A DNA stretch of 64,000 nt from Candidatus Poribacteria bacterium (GCA_965116925.1 OZ220744.1:2336001-2400000); one strand, 5' to 3'; positions 29,523-40,054 are shown, counted from the first letter of the stretch. Notes: a model not told the origin generated them from the sequence alone. Program-made: numbers and translations.

Positions 29523-32075
29523 CTATAACACGGACTCAAGACTTTCCCTGAATTGTCTTTCATCTTGGTTGTCATAGAATGGCACACCAATCAGTCGGTA
29601 TTTTTGCATCCCGCGTTGCGTATTAAACTCCAGAACCTCCCCTGCAAATTTTTCTTTAATTTGTTCTAAGAAGTCCGCTTTCCATTTTTCGTGTTTTTGC
29701 AGATACTTTCCCTTGGGTTCAATAAATATCTGACGGATGAGGGTGTTTCCGTTTTTCTCATGCAGAAACAGAACAAAATCGGGCTCAAACCCCTCTCCGT
29801 CGTCAAAGTTGTAAATTTTGAAATGCCTTTCGTTACGGATCAGATATATCCCGTCGTATTCCCTCTTTAACTCGTCCATTTGGGCGTCAAGCATTCGGAC
29901 AAATGCCTTTTCTTCACTGGTGCCGTAATTGGCATTGAATACATACCACTCTCTATCGGAGACCAACTGTTCGTCGCCATCCGCCCTTTCGTTGCCTTCA
30001 ACCAATTTAAGGATTTTGTCGGTGAAGATTGAATTGATATTGCTTGGCTCAAACGTTTCTGTGCCTTTGTATTCGGTTCTGTTTTGACGCAATTCAGATG
30101 CAATTTGATTAAGCAATCCTGTCATCGCATCAAGGTAAGTTTCATTAGACAACAGGTATCGTTCATCGCCCTGAAGGGTGATTGACAACCCACCCAAGTA
30201 TTCATCCGCCTTAATGAACTGGCGGACGGATTGAATATGTGGGAAATAGGTTTTCAGAGACTTGAAAGCAAAAAAAGGATTTCGTGCAATAGCAGCTCTG
30301 ACGATATGGAACGGTATATCTCCTACCGGAATATTTCTCCGACCTGATTCTACAATCTGTTGAACCTCACCGCTGTCCTCCAGAACCGCCTCAGAAACAC
30401 CCCTACCGGTGGCGAGTGAATAGCGGTAATTCTTCAAGGAAACGTCGAGATCGGCAAATGAACGGACAGATTCATTCCTGTTCTTAACCCGTTCATTGAT
30501 GTAGATAATCCCGCGCTTGTAAAAATCGGTCTCCTTAAACTCACTTTTTAGCTTAAGGGGTTTTTCAACCGTCCGCTCGTCAAGTATCCCTTCGTCAATT
30601 AGGGCGGTACGGATTTCAGAGATATAGCGGGAATCGTTGACACTGTGATAGTGGAGCTCTTCCAACACCCGTAGTTCCGTCGTAAGATTTTTGTCGAATT
30701 TCCGTCGGTATTGATCCGGATAGTCATCGGTAGCAAAGGGGAAGTACCGCGCTCCGCGTCCGATTAGTTGCGCTTCTGCAATTGTTGTTTTGCCCGGTTT
30801 TCCTGCCCTTGCGTCGCGGGTGGTGTAGCACCGAACAATATCAAACAGATTTAAGACATCCCAACCTTCATCCAGTTTACGCACGGCAAAGATAGCGCGG
30901 ATGCGGTTGTTGGGGTCCTCAAGCGTGTTGATCCGAATCTGATAGTTCTTTTCGTCTTGTTCCTTGTTGACTGAGAGGCAGTATGCTCTCTGAAATTCCT
31001 GTTTTAGACGTCCGACCAGATTGATGTTATTCTCGTCAAAAAATTGAAATGCCCGTTGAACCAGTGGAATATTCGATTGACGGATATTGGCAATGTGCGC
31101 TGCTGTGAGACCATCAATGAGTCTGTGAAACTTCTCCTTGTTCGCTTCTGATTCGTCAATTTTGCGCTGTGCCTTAAACAGAATCACCGGCTTGAGGTTA
31201 ATCTGATGTTTTGCCGCTACCTCCTGTTTATACTGATTGAGAATCAGTGCCTGTATGATGCGATCTCTTTCCTCAAAATCTGCCTGAACGATAAAGACAT
31301 CTTTGGAATAGCCGTCATTGCGGAACTGCCGTAGATCATACTTATATAATACCTTGTTGCGGTATTTATCGGCAAGGCTGCGATGGTTATAATCGAGGGT
31401 GGCAGTAAATTCTAGCAGCAAGTTGTCTGGATTTTGACTAAAGATACGCTCTACCGTATTTTCCCAGCTTTCTATCAACTCCTGTCCGGCTTTCGTACTG
31501 GTGTTGATATGGTGTGCCTCATCAGCTAAGAGCACAATCTTTTTGTCCTTGAAATCCTCGAACGTTAAAGCATTTTCTTTCTGTGTATTCAGATCGATAT
31601 GCAGCTGTTGGATGGTGGTGAAGCAGATATTGATGTCGTTTTCGTTGACACCCTCAAAATTGGGGACCGGTGTCACGGGGACACGCATCGATCCGAAATG
31701 GAGGGTTTCATTGAACAGGTATTTAGAGGACAGAGGATTGAGGAAATTGTCCTTTGTCTTTTCGATGATATTGGTGGAGTTGACGAAGAAGATAAAATTT
31801 CGATAGCCTTTTTCATAGAGATAGAGGATCAAGCCCGCCATGATGAGCGTTTTACCGCTGCCGGTCGCCATATTGAACAGAAGATGCAGGGGCTTTTCTT
31901 TGCCCGGAAAGTGATTGTCAAGGCAATAAAAGAAACGTGCAAAGGCTTCTTCCTGATACGGGCGGAGGTCAAACTTGGGATTCAGATTGTCTTTGAGATA
32001 GTTGGGAATTTCCTTTTCCAAAAATCCCATTTCGGATACATTATCAAGTCTTTGGTACAAAAACTGTTCAGCCAT
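29523..32075 (-). CDS. res: Type III restriction enzyme Res subunit (SF2 helicase plus PD-(D/E)xK nuclease)
   Basis: MATGSGKT, DEAH, EFTAT, LDEGWDVLNLFDIVR, QLIGRGAR, EPDF...IEPKG. Confidence 0.92.
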   Translation of the reverse strand: MAEQFLYQRLDNVSEMGFLEKEIPNYLKDNLNPKFDLRPYQEEAFARFFYCLDNHFPGKEKPLHLLFNMATGSGKTLIMAGLILYLYEKGYRNFIFFVNSTNIIEKTKDNFLNPLSSKYLFNETLHFGSMRVPVTPVPNFEGVNENDINICFTTIQQLHIDLNTQKENALTFEDFKDKKIVLLADEAHHINTSTKAGQELIESWENTVERIFSQNPDNLLLEFTATLDYNHRSLADKYRNKVLYKYDLRQFRNDGYSKDVFIVQADFEERDRIIQALILNQYKQEVAAKHQINLKPVILFKAQRKIDESEANKEKFHRLIDGLTAAHIANIRQSNIPLVQRAFQFFDENNINLVGRLKQEFQRAYCLSVNKEQDEKNYQIRINTLEDPNNRIRAIFAVRKLDEGWDVLNLFDIVRCYTTRDARAGKPGKTTIAEAQLIGRGARYFPFATDDYPDQYRRKFDKNLTTELRVLEELHYHSVNDSRYISEIRTALIDEGILDERTVEKPLKLKSEFKETDFYKRGIIYINERVKNRNESVRSFADLDVSLKNYRYSLATGRGVSEAVLEDSGEVQQIVESGRRNIPVGDIPFHIVRAAIARNPFFAFKSLKTYFPHIQSVRQFIKADEYLGGLSITLQGDERYLLSNETYLDAMTGLLNQIASELRQNRTEYKGTETFEPSNINSIFTDKILKLVEGNERADGDEQLVSDREWYVFNANYGTSEEKAFVRMLDAQMDELKREYDGIYLIRNERHFKIYNFDDGEGFEPDFVLFLHEKNGNTLIRQIFIEPKGKYLQKHEKWKADFLEQIKEKFAGEVLEFNTQRGMQKYRLIGVPFYDNQDERQFRESLESVL

Positions 32076-32136
32076 TATAAATTCCCTTTAACTAGGATAG
32101 CTCAAGTTGCGACGTACCCTATAATTCTGTACATTG

Positions 32137-32201
32137 CGCTCCGCTGGAGCGCGGAGATTAAACATATCGCCCATCTATAGACATATCGCTCCGCTGGAGC
32201 G
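32137..32201. repeat. Pair of short palindromic repeats CGCTCCGCTGGAGCG
   Basis: Identical 15-mers at 32137-32151 and 32187-32201. Confidence 0.6.
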
Positions 32202-32574
32202 AATAAGAGAATCTCAACTCTCTTGTTGGTCCATCTGGATAAATGCTAGGCACGGTTGCCGCCGTAGTGGGAGAAGCTTCTAGCCTTGATATGCGTTCTC
32301 AAGTGCTGCACCGCTGTGATTCAGCCAATAATCCGTGCAATCTGTGCCATCAGTTTAATCCGCGATTCAGACAAGGGATACATGTCGCCCCTCTGGGGCT
32401 AAATGCACCAATGCACCATCTCCCGTCTCCCGTTCCGTTTTCTATCCTGTAAATCCTTCAATCCCCGATGAAGCATCGGGACTAAGAAGCCTGAAGATCC
32501 TGATTCAGACAATAATGCGGAGTTACGGCACACGGAGTGTGCCTACTACTATAAAAAGAAAAAATCCTCCGGTG

Positions 32575-32790
32575 TCAAATGCAACAGCTTTTTAGGCAAT
32601 TTTCAACGATACGACACAGCTCTGAGAACACTTCTTGTTCATTATCTCCGTGACAGCCACCATAAAAGAGTCCCGGACAACTGCCAACATAGCATTGGTC
32701 TTCATCAGACCATTCGACAATCTTGACGTAACGGCTGCTTGTATTCATTTTTTTGATTCCTCAATAGCGGCTTTGACAGCCCTTTCTTGT
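32575..32790 (-). pseudogene. Truncated duplicate of hicA 3' end plus hicB 5' part
   Basis: About 190-bp direct repeat of 29001-29188 (offset 3602); hicB copy 32748-32575 stops after 57 aa; only the last ~14 hicA codons remain. Confidence 0.85.
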
Positions 32791-32795
32791 AGACA

Positions 32796-33968
32796 CTAGG
32801 CACGATTGCCGCCGTAGGTGGAGGACAGATGTGTGTCTTCTGTGAAACGCCCTCCACGTAATGGCGTGATGTCCACCGTGCTGGCAGCACCGTCTGCGAT
32901 GAGTTCTGCCATACATAGTCCAATGGCTGGCGAGATCTTGAAGGAGTGACCACTGCCGCCTACGGCAAGGTAGAGCCCCTCGACATCGGGGCTTTTGTCC
33001 AAGATCATGTTCCAGTCGGGGGTGACGGTGTATAGACCGCTCCATCCTTTAACGAACATTGCATCTTCCATTACTGGGAGCCGGTGGCTCAGGCGACGAG
33101 CGACGTCCTCGACAAAATCGCGGGAAACATCGCGTGAATATTGGTCGGGATCTGTCAGTTCGTTCTCTTTGGGGTGACCGACACCGATGAGGAGCCTCCC
33201 ACGCTGCTCAGGACGCCAATAGGTTCGATCTACCATGTTGGAAACGGAGTGACGCATGGGCGGTATATCCGCGGGTATTCGAGCGACGACTTCTGATTCG
33301 CGTGTAACTTTGAGAGGGAGGTCTAGCCCCACCCAACCCCCCACCGCTTTCGCCCAAGGTCCGGCGGCATTGACGACAACGGGTGTACTAATCTCGCCGT
33401 AATCCGTGACGACGGCAGAAACGCGCCCATTACTCAGTTTAATATCGCGGGCAGGGGTCTGGAGGTAGACTTGTGCGCCGTTGCTTTTGGCTTTGGCGGC
33501 GAAGGCACTCACCATGCCGTGGGGGTCTACATAACCGGAGTCCGGCTCGTGAGCCACGCAGCCGATCCCTTCCATATTTAAGCCCGGTAGTGCTTCGGCA
33601 GCATCTTCCAATGAAACCTCCCAAGTCCGTACACCCAACCGCTTCAGTTGTGCCATATTGTCATGGAAAATATCGGCAGCCTCCGGTGGGACCAAAAAAT
33701 ACCAACCGACGTTGTGAAGGACTTCTGCTCCATCAAACATTTCGGGAAAGCGCTGGAAAATTTCGAGGCTCTTCTTGACAAGACGGATACTGACTTCGTT
33801 GGAGTAGTGCTGACGCATAATTGCCGCTGAATCGCCTGTGGAACCGGCGCAGAGTAAGCCCTTCTCTAAGAGTACGACATTTCGCACGCCTTTAGCGGTT
33901 AGATGATACAGAAGGCTTGTGCCGATGGCACCTCCTCCGATGATGACTACATCGGCTGTCTTAACCAT
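32796..33968 (-). CDS. FAD-dependent oxidoreductase (DAO / sarcosine oxidase beta-like)
   Basis: VVIIGGGAIG, VVNAAGPWA, WSGLYTVTPD, GGSGHSFKISPAIG. Confidence 0.9.
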   Translation of the reverse strand: MVKTADVVIIGGGAIGTSLLYHLTAKGVRNVVLLEKGLLCAGSTGDSAAIMRQHYSNEVSIRLVKKSLEIFQRFPEMFDGAEVLHNVGWYFLVPPEAADIFHDNMAQLKRLGVRTWEVSLEDAAEALPGLNMEGIGCVAHEPDSGYVDPHGMVSAFAAKAKSNGAQVYLQTPARDIKLSNGRVSAVVTDYGEISTPVVVNAAGPWAKAVGGWVGLDLPLKVTRESEVVARIPADIPPMRHSVSNMVDRTYWRPEQRGRLLIGVGHPKENELTDPDQYSRDVSRDFVEDVARRLSHRLPVMEDAMFVKGWSGLYTVTPDWNMILDKSPDVEGLYLAVGGSGHSFKISPAIGLCMAELIADGAASTVDITPLRGGRFTEDTHLSSTYGGNRA

Positions 33969-33993
33969 TGATATTTCTCCTTTACCGATATTT

Positions 33994-34203
33994 CTATTTC
34001 CATACTTCATCCTCCGAATCATCCAACCATTCTTCAATCAAATTGGCACTATGATTTGAAAATAGCAATGTTTCGGTTTCATCATGCTGTGTCTGTCGCG
34101 CCCGTTGTTCATAGCGTTGTTTTATAAACAGGAAAAAGTCATAAATTTCCTGTTGTGCTTGCTCGGGCAAAGATTGCCACTCTTGATTATCAATTGCTTG
34201 CAT
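33994..34203 (-). CDS. DUF2281-like small antitoxin (orphan)
   Basis: LPEQAQQEIYDFFLFIKQRY and W...EDEVW pattern; GGAG RBS. Confidence 0.6.
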   Translation of the reverse strand: MQAIDNQEWQSLPEQAQQEIYDFFLFIKQRYEQRARQTQHDETETLLFSNHSANLIEEWLDDSEDEVWK

Positions 34204-34272
34204 TGCGATTCTCCATAGATTGGTTGTACTCCTTTAACTCGTAGCAACTGGCAACTTCATACTTATCGTATT

Positions 34273-34387
34273 GGCTCATGTAAAAACGGAGTGCAATTGC
34301 GGTGAACGCGTTGAGGGCGGGGCAAGATGCCCCGCCTACGGTTTTCGAGGTAAGTCGATGCTGTTGCACTAATTCTTAACATGAGCG
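34273..34387. mobile_element. GGCTCATG-ended MITE (degenerate)
   Basis: Inverted ends GGCTCATGTAAAAACGGAGTGCAA / TTGCACTAATTCTTAACATGAGCG; flanks ATCGTATT vs ATAGCGTT. Confidence 0.6.
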
Positions 34388-34395
34388 ATAGCGTT

Positions 34396-35160
34396 TTACG
34401 CCTCCGGGGTCGGGTTGATGCCGTGAACCATTAATCCGTGTCCGGGGGAAACGTGGACATCTTTGAGCCGTTGATCGGTGGCGGAGCAGTATTGGAATAG
34501 GACAATGCGTCTTGGGTGATCAGATCTATTTAGGTATGAACCGTGTGGGGTCAGGTAGCTAAAGAGCAGCACATCGCCTGCGTTCCCTTCGCAGGGGGTC
34601 GCATCTTCAATGGGGTATTTCTGTGGTGAGAGGTAAAGTCCATCGGGTTCGTGTGGTAAGACTCCTTGTTTATGGACGCCCGGCATGACACACAGGCAGC
34701 CACTTTCTACGGTTGCATCTTCAAGATAAATGACCGCAGCAATCATCGAGTCATTTTCGTAGGGGAAATAGTGATAGTCTTGGTGCATCGGAAACGGGGA
34801 GCCTTTTTCGGGCGGCTTGACGTGTAGTTTTGTGTGATGCAGTTGAACATTGGGCCCAATCAAATCAGCGACAATCTGCGCTAACTTTGGATTGACCAAC
34901 ATCCGGGTGAAAACTGCGGAATGGTATTGCATGTTATGGATACCGAGCATTGATGTCTTGCCAAGTTCTTCTTTGGGAATTTGGGTTTCTTGCCATTTGC
35001 CTCGCCATGTGCCTTCAAGTCGGCGTCCACTCTGCTGGACGCGGTCAAACATCGCATCGGTTTCGCGGACGCATTCCTCAATCTCTTCAGGTGTGAAGAC
35101 CCCTTCGGCGAGGAGGTAGCCGTTATCTTTGTAAAATTGAATTTGTTTGGGTGTCAGCAT
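34396..35160 (-). CDS. Phytanoyl-CoA dioxygenase family (Fe/2OG) protein
   Basis: MLTPKQIQFYKDNGYL, HQD, GCLCVMPGVHK, GDVLLF...HGS.N.S..R. Confidence 0.9.
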   Translation of the reverse strand: MLTPKQIQFYKDNGYLLAEGVFTPEEIEECVRETDAMFDRVQQSGRRLEGTWRGKWQETQIPKEELGKTSMLGIHNMQYHSAVFTRMLVNPKLAQIVADLIGPNVQLHHTKLHVKPPEKGSPFPMHQDYHYFPYENDSMIAAVIYLEDATVESGCLCVMPGVHKQGVLPHEPDGLYLSPQKYPIEDATPCEGNAGDVLLFSYLTPHGSYLNRSDHPRRIVLFQYCSATDQRLKDVHVSPGHGLMVHGINPTPEA

Positions 35161-35194
35161 GGGTTCACTCCGTGTTAGTTCATTGGTTCATTAG

Positions 35195-37063
35195 TTATCG
35201 TCGCTTAAACCGGCTCTCTAGTTCATTTCGGTGCATTTCTACAATGATGGGGCGTGCGTGTGGACAGTTAAACGGCAGCTTTGCTTGAGAGAGATCTTTG
35301 ATTAGGTTGACCATCTCCTCCATCGTCAGTACATCCCCGGCTTTCACGGCGGACTTGCAGGCGAGCATGATGAGTGCCTTGTCTTGTGCTTCGAGATGTT
35401 CTACGGTTGGTGTTGTGGCATTCCCGATCCCATCTAGCAGATCTGTGACTGTCGCGCTGACAAGCCCTGTGGGTAGCGTTGCGGGGATAGATCTGACAAG
35501 GATTGTTTTTCCGCCGAATCGCTCTACATCGAAACCGAGTTTTTTGAACATTTCGCTGTGGGTGTCAAGTGTTGTCAATTGTTGGGGTGTTGCTTCAATG
35601 GTGACAGGCAGCAACAGTCCCTGCACAGGAATGCTGTCTGTTTTTAGTTGTTCGACAAAACGTTCGTACAACACGCGCTCGGCTGCAACGTGTTGGTCAA
35701 TCAGGAAGACCCGATCTCCGCCTTCTGCGACGATGTAGGTATTAAACAGATTGGTTTTTAGTTGGACACCTTCAAAGTCGAGGAGCTGAAGCTCTGTCCC
35801 GTCGGGGATTGGGTGTTGTGGTAGCTGCACCGATTCGACCTGAAGGGGTTCACCCTGTGGATCAGGTGCTTCGGGTTGTAACGGTGTAGTGATCGGATCG
35901 GAGGTTGGCACCGGTTGTATAGATTCGCTCTGTTCCGTAGGGAAGATGGAGGTGCGTGTATCCCCTTCTATTCGCGGTCGTTGCGGTGGAAAGTTTTTGG
36001 GGACATCTTTGCCTTCAACCGTTGGATCTTGCGCCGATTCAATTTTTCCCTCTTGGGTTTCTATTTTGGGGATATATTTGTTCTTGTAGATGCTGCTATG
36101 TAGCAGACGCACCACTCCGCTGTAAAGGCTGCGCTCGTTCTGGAATCGCACCTCGATCTTGGCTGGGTGGACATTGACATCAACGTGCTGTCCATTCATT
36201 GTGAGGAACAGAAACGCGACGACATACCGATCCTTCGGGACCATAGATCGCATCGCCTCGTTGAGGGCTGCGCCAAGCACTTTGCTCCGGATAGGGCGCC
36301 GGTTCAAGAAAAAGAGTTGATAGTTACGGTTTGCCTTCGTAAAATCGGGTTTGCCGATAAAGCAGTGGAGATGAAGGTTCGGGAGATCGGCATCGAACTC
36401 GATCAAATTTTCGGCGAACTCTTTTCCATATAGGAGACGGATGCGTTCTATATAAGATTCACACGCTCGGACATCAATGAGAGAGCGATTGTTGTGCGAG
36501 AGGGAAAACTGGGTTTGCGGGTTAGCAAGCGCTGCCCACATCACCTGATTTGTGATGTGATTCAACTCTGTCGCATCAGTTTTGAGGAATTTCAGCCGTG
36601 CTGGTACGTTGAAAAAGAGGTTATTGACCGTGATGTGTGTCCCCGGCGAGCAACCGCTTGCCTGTACAGGACGAATCACACCACCTTCGACGGGGATCTT
36701 TGTGCCTTCGACTGCGTCGAGGGTTCGTGTCAGCAGTTCAAACTGGGATACTGACGCTATACTCGGAAGTGCTTCCCCACGAAATCCGAACGTTTGGATA
36801 GTTTCTAAATCTTCAACGGTGTTGATTTTACTGGTTGCGTGGCGTTCTATAGCGATGAGCGCGTCCTCACGGCTCATGCCTGCGCCGTTATCTGAGACTG
36901 AGATGATTCGCTTGCCACCCGCCCGGATTTCGACATTGATTTTCGTGCTCTCGGCGTCGATTGCATTTTCGACTAACTCCTTAACCACGGATGCCGGACG
37001 TTCAACGACCTCGCCGGCGGCAATTTTGTTCGATATGTCAGGGGGTAAGATCCTGATTGGCAT
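35195..37063 (-). CDS. mutL: DNA mismatch repair endonuclease MutL
   Basis: KIAAGEVVERPASVVKELVEN, GFRGEAL, DVNVHPAK, DQHVAAER, ACK, CPHARP. Confidence 0.97.
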   Translation of the reverse strand: MPIRILPPDISNKIAAGEVVERPASVVKELVENAIDAESTKINVEIRAGGKRIISVSDNGAGMSREDALIAIERHATSKINTVEDLETIQTFGFRGEALPSIASVSQFELLTRTLDAVEGTKIPVEGGVIRPVQASGCSPGTHITVNNLFFNVPARLKFLKTDATELNHITNQVMWAALANPQTQFSLSHNNRSLIDVRACESYIERIRLLYGKEFAENLIEFDADLPNLHLHCFIGKPDFTKANRNYQLFFLNRRPIRSKVLGAALNEAMRSMVPKDRYVVAFLFLTMNGQHVDVNVHPAKIEVRFQNERSLYSGVVRLLHSSIYKNKYIPKIETQEGKIESAQDPTVEGKDVPKNFPPQRPRIEGDTRTSIFPTEQSESIQPVPTSDPITTPLQPEAPDPQGEPLQVESVQLPQHPIPDGTELQLLDFEGVQLKTNLFNTYIVAEGGDRVFLIDQHVAAERVLYERFVEQLKTDSIPVQGLLLPVTIEATPQQLTTLDTHSEMFKKLGFDVERFGGKTILVRSIPATLPTGLVSATVTDLLDGIGNATTPTVEHLEAQDKALIMLACKSAVKAGDVLTMEEMVNLIKDLSQAKLPFNCPHARPIIVEMHRNELESRFKRR

Positions 37064-37104
37064 GGTCAACTCCTAATACGTGAAACGTGAAACGTAAAAA
37101 GTAT

Positions 37105-37236
37105 GGCTCATGTTAAGAAAGCGTGCAACAGCAACCGAGTTTTCGTAGGGGTTGGGTCACCCAACCCTTACTACGGGCGGGGAAACCCCGCCCCTACGAT
37201 TTCGTTCATATTTTGCACTTTCTTTTTACATGAACC
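37105..37236. mobile_element. 132-bp MITE with 8-bp target-site duplication
   Basis: Inverted ends GGCTCATGTTAAGAAAGCGTGCAA / TTGCACTTTCTTTTTACATGAACC; AAAAGTAT on both sides (37097-37104, 37237-37244). Confidence 0.85.
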
Positions 37237-37304
37237 AAAAGTATATTAACGCAAGTTACCACATGTGCTCCGCTGGGGTTTTGATAGTTCTTCAGTAATC
37301 AATA

Positions 37305-37667
37305 TCAATCTTCTTGTGATTCGATATAGATACGTAACACTGCGTTCATTTTTACTAGGTACTGGTCATCCGTTTTCTCGAACCATTCCAAGACTTCCCT
37401 ATCCACAGGAATCAAGGCATACTTTCCACCATTTGCTAACAACTCACCAATTGTCTGCTCATCCTCCCACAGCATCTCTCCATTGGCATAGATAGCCCGT
37501 TTGAAACGGTTCAATTCTGTCTCGGTTAGTGGTTGAGCATCAGGGTCAGACTGAGCCGTTTTGTATAGGTCTTCGTCCGTCATCTTGTCAACCCGCTCCC
37601 AATCGGTCTCATCAATCTGCCCTTCAATTTCGTCAAGGGTATATGAGGAGATATTTTCGTCTTTCAT
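37305..37667 (-). CDS. BrnA antitoxin family protein
   Basis: TDWERVDKMTDED, C-terminal VDREVLEWF...YLVKMNAVLRIY. Confidence 0.8.
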   Translation of the reverse strand: MKDENISSYTLDEIEGQIDETDWERVDKMTDEDLYKTAQSDPDAQPLTETELNRFKRAIYANGEMLWEDEQTIGELLANGGKYALIPVDREVLEWFEKTDDQYLVKMNAVLRIYIESQED

Positions 37668-37911
37668 CTTTCGTTGCCTTTCTCGCTGAAATGATTCGGA
37701 TGTTCCGGTTACGCAGGGTATAAACTACCTGTAAAATTCTGGATTCTATTCGTCCAATCGCAATCCGTCGTTCCTCACCATAGTCGTTTCGATTATCTTC
37801 CCACTGTAGCACTTGACCGTTGAAAATCGTTGCAGCTTTCCGAAAGCTGATACCATGTTTTTGAATATTTTGTCGGTTTTTTCGTTCGTCCCATTCAAAG
37901 GTGATTGGCAT
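37633..37911 (-). CDS. BrnT family toxin
   Basis: FEWDERKNRQNIQKHGISF, YGEERRIAIG, IRIISARKAT. Confidence 0.9.
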   Translation of the reverse strand: MPITFEWDERKNRQNIQKHGISFRKAATIFNGQVLQWEDNRNDYGEERRIAIGRIESRILQVVYTLRNRNIRIISARKATKDERRKYLLIYP

Positions 37912-37928
37912 AATGAGATGAAGCAGTG

Positions 37929-38022
37929 TGGCGGGAGAGGGTGGGAGTCGAACCCACCTACCCACTTGCATGGGCAAGCTGGTTTTGAAGACCAGTAGAG
38001 CCACCGGACCCTATCCCCTCCC
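37929..38022 (-). tRNA. selC: tRNA-Sec (anticodon UCA)
   Basis: 94 nt; 8-bp acceptor GGGAGGGG/CCTCTCCC; CTGGT-CTTCAAA-ACCAG anticodon arm; long variable arm; 5-bp T stem with GTTCGAC; encoded CCA; follows selAB. Confidence 0.95.
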
Positions 38023-38116
38023 AGATAGAAATTTAGACAAAATTTGTTTAATTCACCTGAATTTTCCCATTTTTCCCGTGAAATTGTAGGTTTTCCCGAT
38101 TGAAAGAAGATGCTTG

Positions 38117-40039
38117 CTACGCTCGACGTTGAGATTTTCGTAGCCGTCGGTGGTTTCCTTCGCGGATTGTCAATCCTTGCCCGTCGCAGTATTCGAGAAA
38201 CGGCACAGCGTATTTCCTGCTGGTTTGTGCGAGCTCTCGGAATTCGGCAACGGTTATTATATCATTTTTCTGGAGGTAATCGGTAAGCGAATTCACAATT
38301 TCTTCAAACATTTGGGTATGAATAAATAGGTCATCTGCAATTCTAATGAATCGTCCGAGGTTCATCAGCGCGTAAAAGGTCTGCTGCACTGACTGCGGCG
38401 GATATTCAGACAGTTGGGCAGTCAATTCAGTCATGGCTGGGGTATTTATGCCAGCGTCGAAGAAGATTTTTTCGATTTTTTCCTTGATATCTTCCTCCTC
38501 TCCTGAGAATTGGATTTGATGCGACGATAGGCGTAGTAGATTCCCATCGGTGATAATCTCTTGCTGGCGAACTAGTTGATCGACAATTTTCTCAAAGCCG
38601 ATTTCGTCGAGTTTGAGTTGGAGACGGAGTTGCGAGGTGTTTTGACCGGGGGCGAGCGGTTGATCTTCATGGAAATTTGCTAGCGCGTTAATCAGACTGG
38701 CTTGTGCTTGTTCTGTCCGATCCATCGCAGAAACGAGTGGCGTGGCTCCCGGCCAACGTACAATTTCTTGATGGTCCTCAAGATCTTTTAGTAACCCTCT
38801 GAAATCTGCATCGGTATAAGGGAGGTAGTAGCGGAGAAATTCTTCTGGCACGCAGAGTTCACGGTTTTGTGCCAATACCAATCTCACAACTTCGGCATCA
38901 TCTGCGTCTTCCCACACTGTGAGGGTTTCCAGTGTCTCTTCCGTGAATCGTTTGTGGCGTGGAGCGAATGGGTTAATCACTCGTCCGCCGCCGACCGTAT
39001 GTTGGGCGGAGAAATCGCGCACGATAAACCGATCTCCCTTGAAGGTCAAAATCGGTTTCTCAAGGCGTAGCTGGAGCTGCGTCGAATCCCCCGGCAGAAC
39101 CCCTTCGTCCATCAGTAGGATTGCGCGGCAAAATGTCTCGCTTGTTCCGAGATAAAACCGTAGGCGCGTCCAGTGTTCAAGCATTCTTGGGAAGGATGAC
39201 AGGAGGTTAAGTGACACGTCAATATTGTCTGTGACCTCTGAAAATCCGCTTGGACAGAGTACATTCCCCCGTTCAATTTGGTCTTTGGTGATGCCTGACA
39301 GATTCAACGCTGTCCGTTGTCCTGACTGTGCGTTTTCCGCTTGTTCATTGTGAACTTGGACGCCGCGGACACGTACCTCTTGTCCTTGGGGTAGCATGAC
39401 GAGCCGTTGTTCGCGTTGGATTGTGCCGCCCATCAGCGTGCCTGTCACTACCCCGCCGAACCCTGTCATCGAAAAGACGCGGTCCACATATAGGCGTGGG
39501 ATTCCATTATGCCGCTCTGCTTGCGCCTCCGTATTGACACACGCCACGATTGTACTCTTGAGTTTATCTAAGCCGTCGCCTGTTATCGCTGAGACATGGA
39601 CGGTGGGTGAGCCTTCGAGGGTTGTTCCGACCAACATCTCTTGGGACATTTCGGCGGATTCCGCCAGCTGGTCGGGCGTCACCAGATCCACCTTCGTCAT
39701 GACGAGGATGCCGGTCGAAATGCCGAGTAGATCGAGGATCTCCAGATGTTCCAGCGTCTGTTCCTGTACACCTTCTTTTGCATCAACGACAAGCAGCACC
39801 ATGTCCATCCCGTACGCGCCTGAGAGCATGTTTCGGATAAACCGCTCATGTCCGGGGACATCAACGATTCCGGCACGCGAACCGTCCGGCAGATCGAAGT
39901 AGGCGAAACCCAACTCGATTGACAGACCGCGTTCTTTCTCCTCTTTGAGCCGATCGGTTTCGATGCCGGTGAGGGCGTGTATCAGAGCGGATTTCCCGTG
40001 GTCAACGTGTCCGGCGGTGCCGATGATGATATGTCGCAT
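38117..40039 (-). CDS. selB: Selenocysteine-specific elongation factor
   Basis: [20 protein letters not shown]-terminal winged helix [12 protein letters not shown]. Confidence 0.97.
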   Translation of the reverse strand: MRHIIIGTAGHVDHGKSALIHALTGIETDRLKEEKERGLSIELGFAYFDLPDGSRAGIVDVPGHERFIRNMLSGAYGMDMVLLVVDAKEGVQEQTLEHLEILDLLGISTGILVMTKVDLVTPDQLAESAEMSQEMLVGTTLEGSPTVHVSAITGDGLDKLKSTIVACVNTEAQAERHNGIPRLYVDRVFSMTGFGGVVTGTLMGGTIQREQRLVMLPQGQEVRVRGVQVHNEQAENAQSGQRTALNLSGITKDQIERGNVLCPSGFSEVTDNIDVSLNLLSSFPRMLEHWTRLRFYLGTSETFCRAILLMDEGVLPGDSTQLQLRLEKPILTFKGDRFIVRDFSAQHTVGGGRVINPFAPRHKRFTEETLETLTVWEDADDAEVVRLVLAQNRELCVPEEFLRYYLPYTDADFRGLLKDLEDHQEIVRWPGATPLVSAMDRTEQAQASLINALANFHEDQPLAPGQNTSQLRLQLKLDEIGFEKIVDQLVRQQEIITDGNLLRLSSHQIQFSGEEEDIKEKIEKIFFDAGINTPAMTELTAQLSEYPPQSVQQTFYALMNLGRFIRIADDLFIHTQMFEEIVNSLTDYLQKNDIITVAEFRELAQTSRKYAVPFLEYCDGQGLTIREGNHRRLRKSQRRA

Positions 40040-40054
40040 GGTATCCTATTCTTT

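Noticed and set aside
31599..32180. 193-aa + strand ORF opposite res, and other antisense ORFs over housekeeping genes
   Set aside because: Shadow ORFs of well-supported genes, with no motifs
21300..32800. Prophage or integrative element as carrier of the defence island
   Set aside because: No integrase, transposase, att repeats or phage genes seen
37912..38004. N-terminal extension of the BrnT ORF
   Set aside because: Overlaps tRNA-Sec; the real start is ATG 37911
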